64,000 bases of DNA from Chiloscyllium plagiosum (Eukaryota): assembly GCF_004010195.1 (NCBI RefSeq), contig NC_057752.1, positions 8,940,766 through 9,004,765 of the forward strand. The letters are read 5' to 3'. A program made the position numbers and the translations under genes. Of the stretch, positions 1-12,224 are shown one piece after another. Below the pieces are notes generated by a model. That model was not told the DNA's origin, ran no database searches, and saw nothing but the letters and a program-made list of their open reading frames with translations. How positions within the stretch are numbered: position 1 is the first letter of the stretch; each line of letters starts with the position of its first letter.

Positions 1-252
1 CATTTCGGACAGAGATGAGGAGAAACTTCTTCACCCAGAGAGTGGTGGCTGTGTGGAATGCTCTGCCCCAGAGGGCAGTGGAGGCCCAGTCTCTGGATTC
101 ATTTAAGAAAGAGTTGGATAGAGCTCTCAAAGATAGTGGAATCAAGGGTTATGGAGATAAGGCAGGAAGAGGATACTGATTAGGAATGATCATATTGAAT
201 GGCGGTGCAGGCTCGAAGGGCAGAATGGCCTACTCCTGCACCTATTGTCTAT
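1..252 (+). mobile_element. CR1 LINE 3' end
   Basis: MRRNFFTQRVVAVWNALP-type ORF2 C-terminus, 3' UTR and ctattgt tail. Confidence 0.85.
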
Positions 253-497
253 TCCTTTCCCACCCTTATTTCGTGTCATCCACAAATTTAGCGATAGTAC
301 TTTCTGTCCCTTCTTCCAAGTTATTAAGACTGAGATTGTCAGTAGTTGGGCCCAGAGGTCCAAACCCTGTATTGTCTATTCCTTTCCCACCCTTATTTCG
401 TGTCATCCACAAATTTAGCGATAGTACTTTCTGTCCCTTCTTCCAAGTTATTAAGACTGAGATTGTCAGTAGTTGGGCCCAGAGGTCCAAACCCTGT
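243..497. repeat. Perfect 127-bp direct tandem duplication (CR1 tail + antisense CR1 RT fragment)
   Basis: 243-369 = 370-496; the minus strand encodes ..STIAKFVDDTK; a diverged third partial copy lies at about 1701-1781. Confidence 0.9.
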
Positions 498-1394
498 GAC
501 ACCCCACTAGTTACAGCTTGCCAACAAGATGATGACTCACTTCACAGGTCCAACTACACATTGCAGTGTCCCTTTCCTGCTTTGGGAACATATGCTCAGT
601 TGAAATTATGCCACAGGGCACTATTACACGGATGCTTTACTACATAGCTTAACATTCCTCTCTCTCCTTTAGCAGAGATATTAATTCATTTCAGCTAGCA
701 GTGTCTGAAGACCTATCTCTGCAATAAGCATTCATATGCAAGTAACCCATAGCAATGTCAAAATTCCATTCAAATTTTAACAATGTTCCTAATCCCTACA
801 CATTCTGAAGTTCTACAGCATCAAAAAGGTCAAATTTGGGAGACTACAAATTGGAGGGTTACCTAATCTGTTCGGTACACTTCTCAAATTGTCATTTTCT
901 GAACCCAATAATAATTTCCCCTACACTACTTTTAAAATCTATGGAATAAACGTCTTGGGAGAAGCATATGTGTCTATAATTACTGGTGGGTGTTTTCCTC
1001 TTCAACCCCTTTTAACTATAATAAATTATTTATAGTTGCATTTATTTTAATTTTTTTGGACTCCTTAGTAAATTAGTGTTCACTATAAATGTTGCAATTG
1101 TTCAAACTCCATCCTTTTTGAATTTCTTCTTTTAGCAGCCCTCTTTGCCAGTGTTCTAAAGTCTCCCCCAATATTTCATTTGTTTACCCCTTTTATTACT
1201 TTCTGCCTCCTCCTTCATGCCTATTTTGCTAACAGCTGCCTTATAAAACATTTAAGTGCCTCTCTCTATGTAATGAATGCTATAGAAATGTACTTTCAAT
1301 TATCGAGTTTGAGATTCAAGGTTAGAAATATTGTGATAACGATAGTAACATATAAAATCCAGATCAGGTGTTGCAGTTAGTATACTTCTATATC

Positions 1395-1697
1395 AGAGAA
1401 AGAGATGACTGGTGATGGTCACCAGTACCTGAGGGTCACCACACCTCCGGTGAGCAGCAACATTGAAAAGGAGTGTCCTTCATGGTAACCTCAGCTGGTG
1501 CAGGAATCAAACCCACACTGATGGTGTCATTCTGCATTGCAAACCAGGCATCAAGCCAACGGAGCTAACTACACCCCATAACTGCACTGGCTGAGGTTAC
1601 CATGAAGGACTGTCCTTCTCGACCTCTCCCCTTGCTGAAGGTGTGGTAACCCTTCAGTTAAACCACCACCAGTCCCCTCTCTCTAATGAGAAAGCAC
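1395..1697. mobile_element. Head-to-head inverted pair of a tRNA-derived SINE
   Basis: ccttcatggtaacctcagc (1478-1496) vs gctgaggttaccatgaagg (1590-1608); related copies at about 45060-45200, 45350-45520 and 47575-47780. Confidence 0.7.
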
Positions 1698-2179
1698 TTT
1701 AGTACTTTCTATCCCTGCATCCAAGTTATTAATATAGAGATTGTCAGTAGTTGGGCCCCAAGGTCCCAAGTCCCCTGTGACTTTACCTTTATATTTTTAC
1801 TACTGTGTCACCAAAGGTTTCTATTTTTAACACCAGGGTAATGGAATGCTAAAATTATTTTCCTCTCCCCAAGAAGATAGTGGTTGCTGGGATAATTGGG
1901 GTATTTAAGAATTGTTAGATTTTTGATGGGCGGTGGTAATGAGGGAAATGGAGTTTAAGATGAGTATATGGAGTTGAGGTCCATGTCAGCTATGATCTAA
2001 CTGAATGGTGGAACAAGCTTGAGGGACTGAATGTTTTGTTTGCATTCCTAAATGTGGCATAGGCACAGTCCTATTCTCCCATTGTTACTTTTTCAAATTG
2101 CTCCAGATTTACTTCAACACAGGATTACAGACTGCCCAACTGATGCCACATTTGATTTCTTATTATCAAATGCATAGTG

Positions 2180-2580
2180 AAAGGTTTTGTATGCAGTACA
2201 GGCAGATCATACCATACAAACTGCATTAGGGTAATAGAACAGAGTGAGGAATACAATGTTAGGGCTGCAGAGAAGGCACATAAAGAGTGAGATTAGCATT
2301 AAATTTAAAATTTGAGAAGTCCATTTAGCAGTCTAATAACAGCAGGAAAGAAGCTGTTCTTGAACCTGTTGGTACACGTGTATTTTAAGCTTTTGTATCT
2401 TCTGCCTGAAGGAAGAGGTCAGAAGAGACTATAATGGGGTGGGAAGGGGGTCTTTGATGTTGGCTGCCTTCCCGAGGCAGCGAAAAGTGTAGATGGAGTC
2501 AATGGATGGAAGGTTGGCTTGCATAATGGACTGGGCTGTAGTTTCTTACAGTCTCAGGCAGAGTGTTTGACATACCATAA
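2180..2580 (-). mobile_element. Rex1/Babar-type LINE 3' fragment
   Basis: Minus strand reads LPSGRRYKSLK...TNRFKNSFFPAVIRLLN, the characteristic Rex1/Babar C-terminus. Confidence 0.75.
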
Positions 2581-2778
2581 GATCCTTCATCCTATCAATA
2601 TGGGCTGTATTTGAACCCAGCTTCCAGGCAGTGCAGATTTTATTTTGTTAGAAAGGTGGTTAGTGCATTGTTAATCACTTTTCACTGCATATTTCTTCCC
2701 ATTCAACAATTTTGCAATCTGATTGTTGCAGGCCACTAAAATAACTGAACTTTTCATCAGCTACATGTTATTTTACAG

Positions 2779-2880
2779 ATTAAAAACCAGGGAACAGGAA
2801 GCTGCCTGGACGTTGGGGAAAACAATCATGGTGGGAAACCTCTGATAATGTATCCATGCCATGGAATGGGAGGCAACCAG
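2779..2880 (+). CDS. GALNT6: GALNT6-like GalNAc-transferase, antepenultimate coding exon (ricin-B lectin alpha repeat); gene begins upstream of the window
   Basis: ttttacag|ATT...CAG|gtacta; 102 nt, phase 0/0; [34 protein letters not shown], typical GALNT3/6 lectin motif ([23 protein letters not shown]). Confidence 0.93.
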
Positions 2881-3214
2881 GTACTAAGAATGGTCATTTG
2901 AATATGCCAGCTGTGTTTATCAACCACTCATCTGTGTGCTAAATTGTTCTGAGTCAGATGGTGAAGTACAAAACAAGACACAATTATTTTCCAAATAGTA
3001 GCTTTATTCACGTGATGTAGCCTTCCAGATGTCTGCCTCTTAACTACCTAGGATGCCACCTTGTGATGCAGTGGTGGTGTTCCTACCACTGGACTGAGAG
3101 GCTCAGGTTCAAGACTCACCTGCTCTAGAGGTGTGTAATAACATCTCTCTGAACAAGTTGATTCGAAAAATGGGTGTAAACACAAAACAGAAAAGGTATT
3201 CTACCTGCTAGGGT

Positions 3215-4710
3215 AGACTTTTTCCCTGTGCGTGGAGCCTCTCTGAGCCTGTAGGGGTTGGCTCCGCAGTGGTTCTTTCAGCGTACATAGACAGCATGCT
3301 CCTCATGTTCACCAACCCAGCTGACCTGGGAGGATGTGCAAATGCCAGACGGTGTATTCGGCCATGTCTTCCATCAACTGGGCCAAATGTTCCAGTCTCT
3401 TGTTTGGTCTGTGGTGGCGGATTCCTTGCCAGAGGAGTGACAGGGGTTCAGCTGGAATACCACCCATCTCCTCTATCTGCAAGTCTACCTTAGTCTGGCT
3501 GAGGAATCTTGGCCAGTGAATTGGCAGGAGCTGGGCAGGACCACTCCAAGTGCTGTCTTACAGGAGTTAAGTGCTGGTCATAAACCAGCTGGTGGCCGCC
3601 ATGCTGTGGTACCGGCTAGTCCCTTTGACCACTCCTCCTGGTTCATTTCTTCTGGGACAAAAAGATGCACTGGGTTGGCACAGGTTTTCAGTCTCCCTAT
3701 TGAGGAGCGTAGTCAGTCGCTGGTGTGTGTCACACCCAGATGGTGACTTTCCGTCTTCAGGCCTTCCAGCGATACCTTTTACATTGAGCCTCCTTTTGGG
3801 TGGTGTGCCCTGGTGACTTATTATTTTCTGCCAGGTGCGTAACTTCAATTATGACATGCAGCTCCTGTTTATCACCTGAGGGTTTGCAGGTCGCCCTCTG
3901 GATGGTGCCTGTCTTTTACCAGGACCTGATCACTGTCTGGGACGTGGTCGACTCACGTTGGGCCTACCTTCCATCAGGAGTGGCAGTTATTGTCAGCTAT
4001 CAACCACTGCCATCCAGTGCCTTAAAACTGTGGCGCTCAGACGCGACATTGTGCACCAGTTGGAGGATGCTCAGGTGTGCGGTGGAATCCCATCTGCACG
4101 TACCCCTGCTCAGATGGAATTCCACAAAGGCCCCAAGGTCCTGAACCTCCCTCAGAAACCTGCGCCGCCTCCTTAGTATGTGTTGTGTGTTGTTTCAAGG
4201 AGGCAAAACAGCACATGCTGCTGCTGCACAACATCTATCTCAACTCTTACGTCTGCCACTCGGACCCGCCATGGCATGCTTACTAGCTGCCAGGTAATGG
4301 GGATTCCCAGTGGACAGCTCTCTCCTCGGGAGTCCTTCCTCTTTCCCTCTGGGATCTAGGGTGGAGGGTGTTCCACATAGCAGTCTCTAATAGCTGCAGA
4401 TTGCGATGGTTCACAGACTGCAGTTGGGTGCTGTGGAGTCCGTGAACCATGTATATATTGATTGTGGATGGCTGCACTCCCTTTTTAGTTATTTGAAAAA
4501 CCTTTCATTGTGCTCTTGGTTGCACTTCAGCCCCACACTCCCATGGGCACCTGGTGCAGAGGGGTGTGGTCAGATCAGAGCTCCTCTGTCTGGGTCTGTT
4601 CCTGGGCTTGGCCAGGCTGGCTATGAACAGGGCCAGGCAGCGGGCTGTGGAGGGAGCTGTTTCTGCTGATAACCGCGGAAGAGGGGCAGGCTATGTTCGA
4701 GCCTGGGTGT
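3215..4710 (+). mobile_element. Degenerate L1-Tx1 clade LINE (RT C-half and downstream region)
   Basis: Frameshifted SAYIDSMLLMFTNPADL (YADD-like), INWAKCS, NWQEL, LVINQLVAAMLWYRL, FYQDL, GLFLGLARLAMNRAR; GC-rich relative to the flanks. Confidence 0.75.
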
Positions 4711-4711
4711 C

Positions 4712-7700
4712 ATATGCTATACTATGTACTATGCTATACTGTTCTTTCGGCCCTTTATGTTGTGCCAGCCTTTTATCCGACTCTAAGCTCAGACTAACCT
4801 ACAGACCCTTCGTTGTACTGTCATCCATGTACCTATCCAAGTGTCACTTAAATGTTCCTAATGTATCTGATTCTACTATCACTGCTGGCAGTGCATTCCA
4901 CACACTCACCACTCCTTGTGTAAAGAACCCACCTCTGACATCTCCCCTAAACCTTACTCCAATTACGTTAAAATTGTGCCCCTTGTGATAGCCATTTCCG
5001 CCCTGGGGAAAAAAGTCTCTGGCTATCCACTCTATCTATGCCTCTCATCATCTTGGACACCTCTCATCCTCCTTCACTCCAATGAGAAAAGCCCTAGCTC
5101 CCTCAACCTTACCTCATAAGATATGCCCTCCAGTCCAGGCAGCATCCTGGTAAATGTCCTTTGCCCTCTCTAAAGCTTCCACATCCTATCTATAATGAGG
5201 TGACCAGAACAGAACACTGTATTCCAAGTGTGGTCTAACCAGGGCTCTATAACGTTGCAGCATATCCTCATGGCTCTTAAACTCAATCCACCTGCTAATG
5301 AAAGCCAACACACCACACACCTACCGAACAACCCTATCAACTTGGGTGGCAACTTTGAGGGATCTATAGACATGGACCCCAAGATTCCTCTGTTCCTCCA
5401 CACGGCCAAGAATCCTGCCTTTAACCCTGAATTCTGCATTCAAAGTCAACCTTCCAAGGTGAATGACTTCACACTTTTTCCGGGTTGAACACCATTTGCC
5501 ACTCATCTGCCCAGTTCTGCATCCTGTCAATGTCCCGTTCCAACCTACAACAGCCCTCCACACTATCCACCACTCCATCAATCTTCGTGTTATCAGCAAA
5601 CTTACTAACCCAACCTTCCACTTCCTCATCCAAGTCATTTATAAAAATCACTAAACGCAGAGGTCTCAGAAGCAATCCCTGTGGAACACCATTGGTCACC
5701 GAGCTCCAGGCTAAATGCTTTCCATCTACCATCACCCTCTGTCTTCTATGGGCCAGTCAATTCTGTATCCAGAAAGACAAATTTCCCTGTATCCCATGCC
5801 CCTTACTTTCTGAATGAGTCTATCGTGGGGAACCTTGTCAAAAGCCTTGCTAAAATCCATATACATGACATCCACTGCTTTACCTTCATCAATGTGTTTT
5901 GTCACATCCTCAAAGAATTCAGTAAGATTTGTGAGATATGACCTGCCCGTCTCAAAGCCATGCTGACTATCTCTAATCAAACTATGGTTTTCCAAGTAAT
6001 CATAAATCCTGTCTTTCAGAATCCTCTCCAATACTTTGCTCACTACTCATATAATATTGACTGGCATGTAGTTCCCAGGATTATCCCTATTTCCTTTTTT
6101 GAACAAGGGAATAATATTTGCCACACTCCAATCATCCGGCACTACTCCAGTGGACAGTGAGGACACAAAGATCATCGTCAAAGGCACAGGGATCTCTTCC
6201 TGTAGTAACCTAAGGTATATCCTCTCTGGCCCAGGGTATTTATCTATCCTTATGTTTTTCAAAATTTTCAACACATCCTCCTTCCTAACATCAACCTGTT
6301 CGAGCAAATCAGTCTGTTTCATGCTGTCCTCAGAAACGTCAAGGTCACTCTCAGTAGTGAATACTGAAGCAAAGTATTCATTTGGGACCTCCCATACCTC
6401 CTCCGACTCCAGGCACAAGTTCCCTCCACTATCCCTGATTGTCCCTACCCTCACTCTGGCCATCCTCTTGTTCCTCACATAAATGTCTGAAGGTTTTCCT
6501 CAATCCTACCCGCTAAAGCTTTTTCATGCCCCCTTCTAGCTTTCCTAAGTCCGTTCTTCAGTTCCTTCCTGGCTACCTTGTAATCCTCTAGAGCCCTGTC
6601 TGATCCTTGTCGCCTTAATCTTTAGTAAGCTTCCTTCTTCCTCTTGACTAGATGTTCCACATCCCTTGTCACCCACGGTTCTTTCAACCTACCAACCCTC
6701 CCTTGCCTCAGTAGGACAAACCTATCAGCAGATGCTTCCTAAACAACCTTCACAAATCTGTCGTGCATTTCCCTGAGAACATCTGTTTCTAATTTAGGTG
6801 CCCCAGTTCCTGTCTAATAGCATTGTAATTGTAATTTCCCCACCTCCCCCAATTAAATACTTTCCCATACCATCTGCTCCTATCCCTCTCCATGAGTATA
6901 GTAAAGGTCATGAAGTTATGATCACTATCACCTAAATGCTCTCCCACCAAGAGATCTGACACCTGACCTGGTTTGTTGCCAAGCATCAAATCCAATATGG
7001 CCTCCCCTCTAGTCAGCCTATCTACATATTGCATCAGGAACCCTTCTTGGACACACCTGCCAAAAAATGCTTCATCCAAACTATTTGAACTAAGTAGGTT
7101 CCAATCAATATTAGGGAAGTTAAAGTCACCCATGACAACAACCCTGTTACTTCTACACATTTCCACAATCTGCTCCTCCATGTCTCTGTTGCTACTGGGG
7201 GGTCTACAGAAAATTCCCAACAAAGTGACTGCCCCTTTCCTGTTTATGATTTCTACACATACTAACTCTGTAGACAAACTCTCCTCGACGACCTCCCTTT
7301 CTGCAGCTGTGATACTATCCCTGATTAGCAATGCCAATTCCCCACCTATTTTACCCCCCCACCCCCATTCCTTTTGAAACATCTAAACTCTGATACATCC
7401 AACAACCATTCCTGCCCCTGTGATATCCAAGCCTCTGTAATGACGACAACATCATAGTTCCAAGTACTGATCCATGCTCTGAGATTGTCCCCCTTATTCC
7501 TGATACTTCTTGCATTAAAATAGACACACTTCAACCCATCACACTGACTGCACCTTAGCCCTATCAAGAGCCTATCCCTCCTTGCAAACTCTCTGCACGC
7601 TGTATCTGGCTAGTCATTACCTACTCCATCATCTGATCCGTAGCTCAGGTTCCCACCCACCCGCCAAACTAGTTGAAATCCTCCCGAAGAGCTCTAGCAA

Positions 7701-8500
7701 ACCAGTCCACCCACCATATTGGTGCTCCTCCAGTTCAGGGGCAACCAGTCCTCCTTGTACAGCTCCCACCTTTTCCGCAGAAGGTATCCCAATGATCCAC
7801 ATATCTGAAGCCCTCCCTCCTCCACCAGCCCTGCAGCCACGTGTTTGTCTGCAATCGCTCTCTATTCCTAGCCACACTCGCACATGGCACCGGTAACAAT
7901 CCTGAGATTACTACTCTGCCTTCTAGCTTCCAACCTAACTCCCTATATTCTTTTTTCAGGTCCTCCTCCCTTTACCTACCTATGTTGTTGGTCCCGATGT
8001 CTACCACGGCTTCTGGCTGCTCTCCCTCCCCCTTAAGAATCCTGTAGACTCAATCAGAGACATCCCTGATCCTGGCACCCGAGAGGCAACACGTCATCTG
8101 GGAGTCTCGCTCACGATCATAGAATCTCCTGTCCGTTCCTGTAACCATTGAATCTCCTATCACTGTCACTCTCCTATTCTCCCCTCTTCCCTTCTGAGCC
8201 ACAGAGCCAGGCTCAGTGCCAGAGAGCTGGCCGCTGTGGCTTTCCCCAGTAGGTGTTCCCCTGCCACAGAGGCTCCTTGCACGGTCTGCCTATTCCCCTT
8301 TCCCTCTCCTGACTGTCACCCAGCTACCTTTATCCTGTAACTTAAGTGTGACTACCTCCCTATAACTCCTCTCTATCACCCCGTCAGCCTCCCGAATGAT
8401 TTGAAGTTCACTTAGCTCCAGCTCCAGTTCTCTAACGCAGTCTGTGAGGAGCTGGAGTTGGGTGCACTTCTTGCAGGCATTTGAGAAGGAGCAACCAGTG
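4712..8500 (-). mobile_element. Near full-length degenerate CR1 LINE (ORF1 zinc-finger/coiled-coil + SGNH esterase-like; ORF2 APE + RT)
   Basis: ORF1 CKKC..LQLL..VRELELEL and GEQPEAVVDIGTNNIG; ORF2 CVYFNARSI, ITEAW, VMGDFNFP, SDHN, QHGF, DFSKAFDKV, GVPQG, SKFADNTK; microsatellite tail near 4712-4740; many stops and frameshifts. Confidence 0.92.
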
Positions 8501-8802
8501 TCCACCAATGATGCCTTCAGGAAGAGGTGGGCACCGCAGGGGATGGACTGTTTTATTTCCCCCTCTGACTCCATTTTGATTTAGTCCCCTTCTTCCCTCC
8601 CTAACCCACTTCACATTTTAATGACCGAATTGCTGCTAACAGGCTTTGCTTGTAAATGTTCAACTGGCCACATGGGTATTTTCCCAGTGGTGAAAAAATA
8701 AACAAAATATATACATAATGGTGTGTTTTTATTGTGTCACTGTTTTTTAAAAAAAATATACACAGACATAGGTGATTTGGGAAAGACATGAGCATTACTG
8801 CT

Positions 8803-9510
8803 GGGCCCTCTTGTGGTGCAGTGGTAGTGTCCCTACTCCTGCACCAGAAGGCCCGGGTTCATGTCCCACCTGCTGCAAAGGTGTGTATTTACACCTCTGA
8901 TCAGGATGATTAGAAAAATAGGTTAATAAAACAAAGTTTCCCCTCAGGTGGTTGGGGGAAAATATATATAAATGGTTTCCCCTGGGGCCGTCTTGTGGAG
9001 CAGTGTTTATGTCCCTACTCTGGACCAGGAGACCCATGTTCAAGTGCCACCTGCTCCAGAGGTATGTAATAACATCTTTGAATAGGTTGATTAGAAAATT
9101 AGGATAAATTTGAATGAATTAAAAATAAAGTGCTGAGGCACGATTGCTCTTCTGGCACAGTGGTATTGCCCTTACCTCTGGCCTAGGAGGCCCAGGTTCA
9201 CGTCCCACCTGCTCCAGACATGTGTAATAACATCTCTGAATAGGTTGATTTTTAAAAAATAGGTTAAATAGGAAAAGGGCCCGTGGACTTTAGGGGGAAA
9301 AAAAAGAGGCTGGGGACTTTACCCTTAAGAGGCTTTGCATGTAGATTAATCAGTTGGGGAAAAAAACAGGTGAGTTACTGACGGTGATTATTAGATGTGA
9401 AAATACCAGAAGGTGATGGGGGGTAAACACCCAGCAGGCCCAGGTTCCAGTCCTACCTGCTGCAGAGGTGTGGAATAGCATCTCTGACCAGGTTTATTAG
9501 AAAATATTTA
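8803..9510 (+). repeat. Tandem cluster of four ~120-bp tRNA-headed SINE-like units
   Basis: A-box tggtgcagtgg and B-box ggttcaagtcc-like motifs at about 8803, 8984, 9146 and 9430; dispersed copies at about 3060-3170 (+), 25630-25745 (-) and 60840-60935 (-). Confidence 0.75.
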
Positions 9511-9762
9511 AAAGTTACCTTGCTTCCAGCTACAGTTTGATTTCCCTCACGTTTGGTGTTATTGCATTGCTCTTAATGGACATTGCAAGTAAATTAATCA
9601 CTTGGAACACAGGTTATTTAGTGGTTGTAGAAAAATAACTCAGGGTGATTTGGTGGTGGGATAAATCCATTTGGTTGTGTGAGATAACACTTCCTGATAT
9701 AAGACTAAAAAAAGAAAGGAAAGGAAGAAAAAGGGCTGGCTTTATTCCCCATCCAACTCCAG

Positions 9763-10062
9763 GGTCATAGTCATACAGCACAGAAACAGACCCTTTGGTC
9801 CAACTCACCCGTGCTGACCAGACATTATAATCTGACCTAGTCCTGTTTTCCAGCATTTGGCCCATATCCCTCTAAATTCTTTCTATTTGTGTATCCATCC
9901 AGATGCCTTTTAAATGTTGTAATTAGAGCAGCTTCTATCACTTCCTCTGGCAGCTTGTTCCATACACACACCACCCTCTGTGTGAAAATGTTTAATCCTC
10001 AAGTCCTTTTAAATCTTTCCCCACTCACCTTAAACGAATGCCCTCTAATTTTGGACTCTTTC
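9763..10062 (-). mobile_element. CR1 3' end fragment
   Basis: Reverse of FTQRVVCVWNKLPEEV, 3' UTR and ctatga tail. Confidence 0.8.
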
Positions 10063-10145
10063 TCTCCCCCCTCCATTCCCTAAATTTCTCTTTCTATTAT
10101 TGTTGCAGTGCTTGTAAATTGTTACTTAGAGGCACGATTGATTTG

Positions 10146-10605
10146 TGAACTACTCCCACAGAGGCCAGCTTCCCATCACCAAGTCACCCTTTATTGACAT
10201 GTGCATAGTACTTGACACTGGTCTGGCTTCCTCAGAGCCAGTTCCCAGAGTGGACAGAACCTCTGACACCCCGGTTTTTTTTCTTTCTTAATTCCCCCTC
10301 TGCACCCAAAGGGGGCCCAGCCCAAATTACATGTGGCCATGTGTGTATGTGTAGTGACACCGTTGTGCTAAAGCTTTGTTCTGTACTTTCCACCACCAAG
10401 AAAACACCCATGAGGATGGAAAAAACTGAATGCGGGGGGGGGGGGAGAGAAGTAGGGAGAGGAGGAGGGGACTAAATCAGAATAGAGTTGGAGACACTCC
10501 TGCTCATATCTATCAACCAGGACTCCCTGATTGGTGCTGTTAACCTGGTCCAATCAGGGAACTCATTCTGAGGTCCACCTGTCTGACCTCGTTACAATCA
10601 CTACA
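10146..10605 (-). mobile_element. Gypsy solo LTR with an internal ~220-bp insertion
   Basis: TG...CA termini; 5-bp TSD ATTTG (10141-10145 / 10606-10610); homologous to the LTRs at 48722 and 52822. Confidence 0.85.
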
Positions 10606-10911
10606 ATTTGATGTCAGCCTAATTTTTTAAAAAAAACAGGGCAGGCTCTCCATTTTGATTTAGTCCTTCTCTTGTTTATCACACCCTTCCTTCACTTCAG
10701 TTATTGTTGCTGTACCGCTTGTGCTTGTTAATTGTTACTGTTTAGTTGTTTTAATTTGGTGGTGGATTTTCACCAAAACAGGCTGGTTTTCCAACTGGGT
10801 GATTTGATGATGGGTTTACAGAGGGGGAAAAAAAGGCAAATTTTCTCTTAAGGGAGTAGGTCAGGAACAGGAAAGAGGCAGTATGGAGTTGTATTGAACT
10901 ACAAAATACAA

Positions 10912-11287
10912 TGATTTGGAGAATCAATCTAAACATCAGGTCATAGACAGAGAACACAGGGGGCTAACACCTTCAACATATTGTCTAGCTATCACCATTG
11001 TTAACAGCTAACCCGAGAATGCAACTTTAAAAAAAAGGGTTTTGTGATTTACACATGAAAGAAGTGAAACTATCACTGTATTCTAAAAGATGAAAGGCTT
11101 AACAGACAATCAATTCTTCAATGTATAACTTCAGTTACATCACACTGCAAATTTTTGCTATAAATTCTGTGTGTTAGAGATTGAGCCTTCCACAATCACC
11201 TGATGAAGGAGCGTCGCTCCGAAAGCTAGTGTGCTTCCAATCAAACCTGTTGGACTATAACCTGGTGTTGTGTGATTTTTAACTTTG
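10912..11287 (+). mobile_element. Penelope-like element 3' fragment (family A) with short inverted 5' end
   Basis: TSD tacaaaatacaa (10900-10911 / 11288-11299); contains a hammerhead motif; same family at 43496-43706 and 49903-50022. Confidence 0.8.
11197..11231 (+). ncRNA. Minimal type-I hammerhead ribozyme motif (intact core)
   Basis: cac-CTGATGA-A-GGAGC-gtc-GCTCC-GAA-AGCT-A^-gtg: stem I cac/gtg, stem II GGAGC/GCTCC, palindromic AGCT in place of stem III. Confidence 0.75.
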
Positions 11288-11868
11288 TACAAAATACAAG
11301 TAAGCATTTATGGAAGACAGAATGACTTCTGCCTTGGTAAATGGACGACAGCATTGTAACAGTATGGTGGGGAAATTGCAGGTAATAATGTTCCCACATG
11401 TTTGCTACCATTGTCTTTGTGGGTGGTACTGTTTGTAGCTTGAAAGGTACTGTTGAAGTCATGTTGTGCTGTTGCATGTTTAATCAGTAAATGATTAATG
11501 TTTGAGAACAACCTTGACAGGTTGCTGCATAATTGGTGGCTAGATTATTAATGTTTAAGAACAGCTATCAACAAAGCAAATAGAAAGCTGAACTTTTCTA
11601 ACCCATACAATGGAGAATAATTCGAAGGAAGTCATGATCTAACCTTGGGAATGGTTTCCAACTGTAGTTACTAAGAGACACAGATAACTTCCCAGGCCTG
11701 CAAGTGATGCAGGAAAGGTTTTTTTTTTATTCTTTGCAACTGAGTTAGAAAGACCGAGATGTCGCGAAATTAAAAATTAGTTCAAGTTGATAGGAGGGAG
11801 AGGGTAAATTGAAAATGCAATGACTGCTTCCTGTATGATTCATCTGAATAAACCAGGGAGTAGATGAG

Positions 11869-12070
11869 GAGAAAGTGAGGACTGCAGATGCTGGAGATCA
11901 GAGTCGAGAATGTGGTGCTGGAAAAACACAGCAGGTCAGGCAGCATCTGAGGAGCAGGAGAATCGATGTTTTGGGCAAGAGCCCTGCATCAGGAATTTCT
12001 GAAACGTCGATTCTCCTGCTCCTCAGATGCTGCCTGACCTGCTGTGCTTTTGCAGCATCCCACTCTCGAG
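11869..12070. mobile_element. PLE-derived fold-back mini-element (family B)
   Basis: Inverted arms around a decayed hammerhead; TSD agggagtagatgag (11855-11868 / 12071-12084). Confidence 0.8.
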
Positions 12071-12224
12071 AGGGAGTAGATGAGTCGTACAGACCAGGAA
12101 ATTGCTAAATTTAACCTCTTTTTAGGAAAATCAGAGTCTGTTTCTTATCATATGATCCCCTTAGAATTAAGTGTGGGTCCAGTCTTGGGCTTGAATATGA
12201 CGTTTTTTCCTCTTTAGCGTAATG

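Noticed and set aside
186..647. 153-aa ORF and most other 60-200 aa ORFs in the track
   Set aside because: They are antisense or off-frame readings of CR1, PLE, SINE and Gypsy remnants, with no splice structure or host-protein similarity.
8803..8880. tRNA gene call for A/B-box-bearing units, including HE1 heads
   Set aside because: No convincing cloverleaf, copies are diverged and continue into SINE bodies; treated as SINE heads.
8803..9510. CRISPR-like or repeat-spacer array
   Set aside because: Eukaryotic context; units are ~120 bp and diverged, spacers are themselves related, and there are no cas genes.
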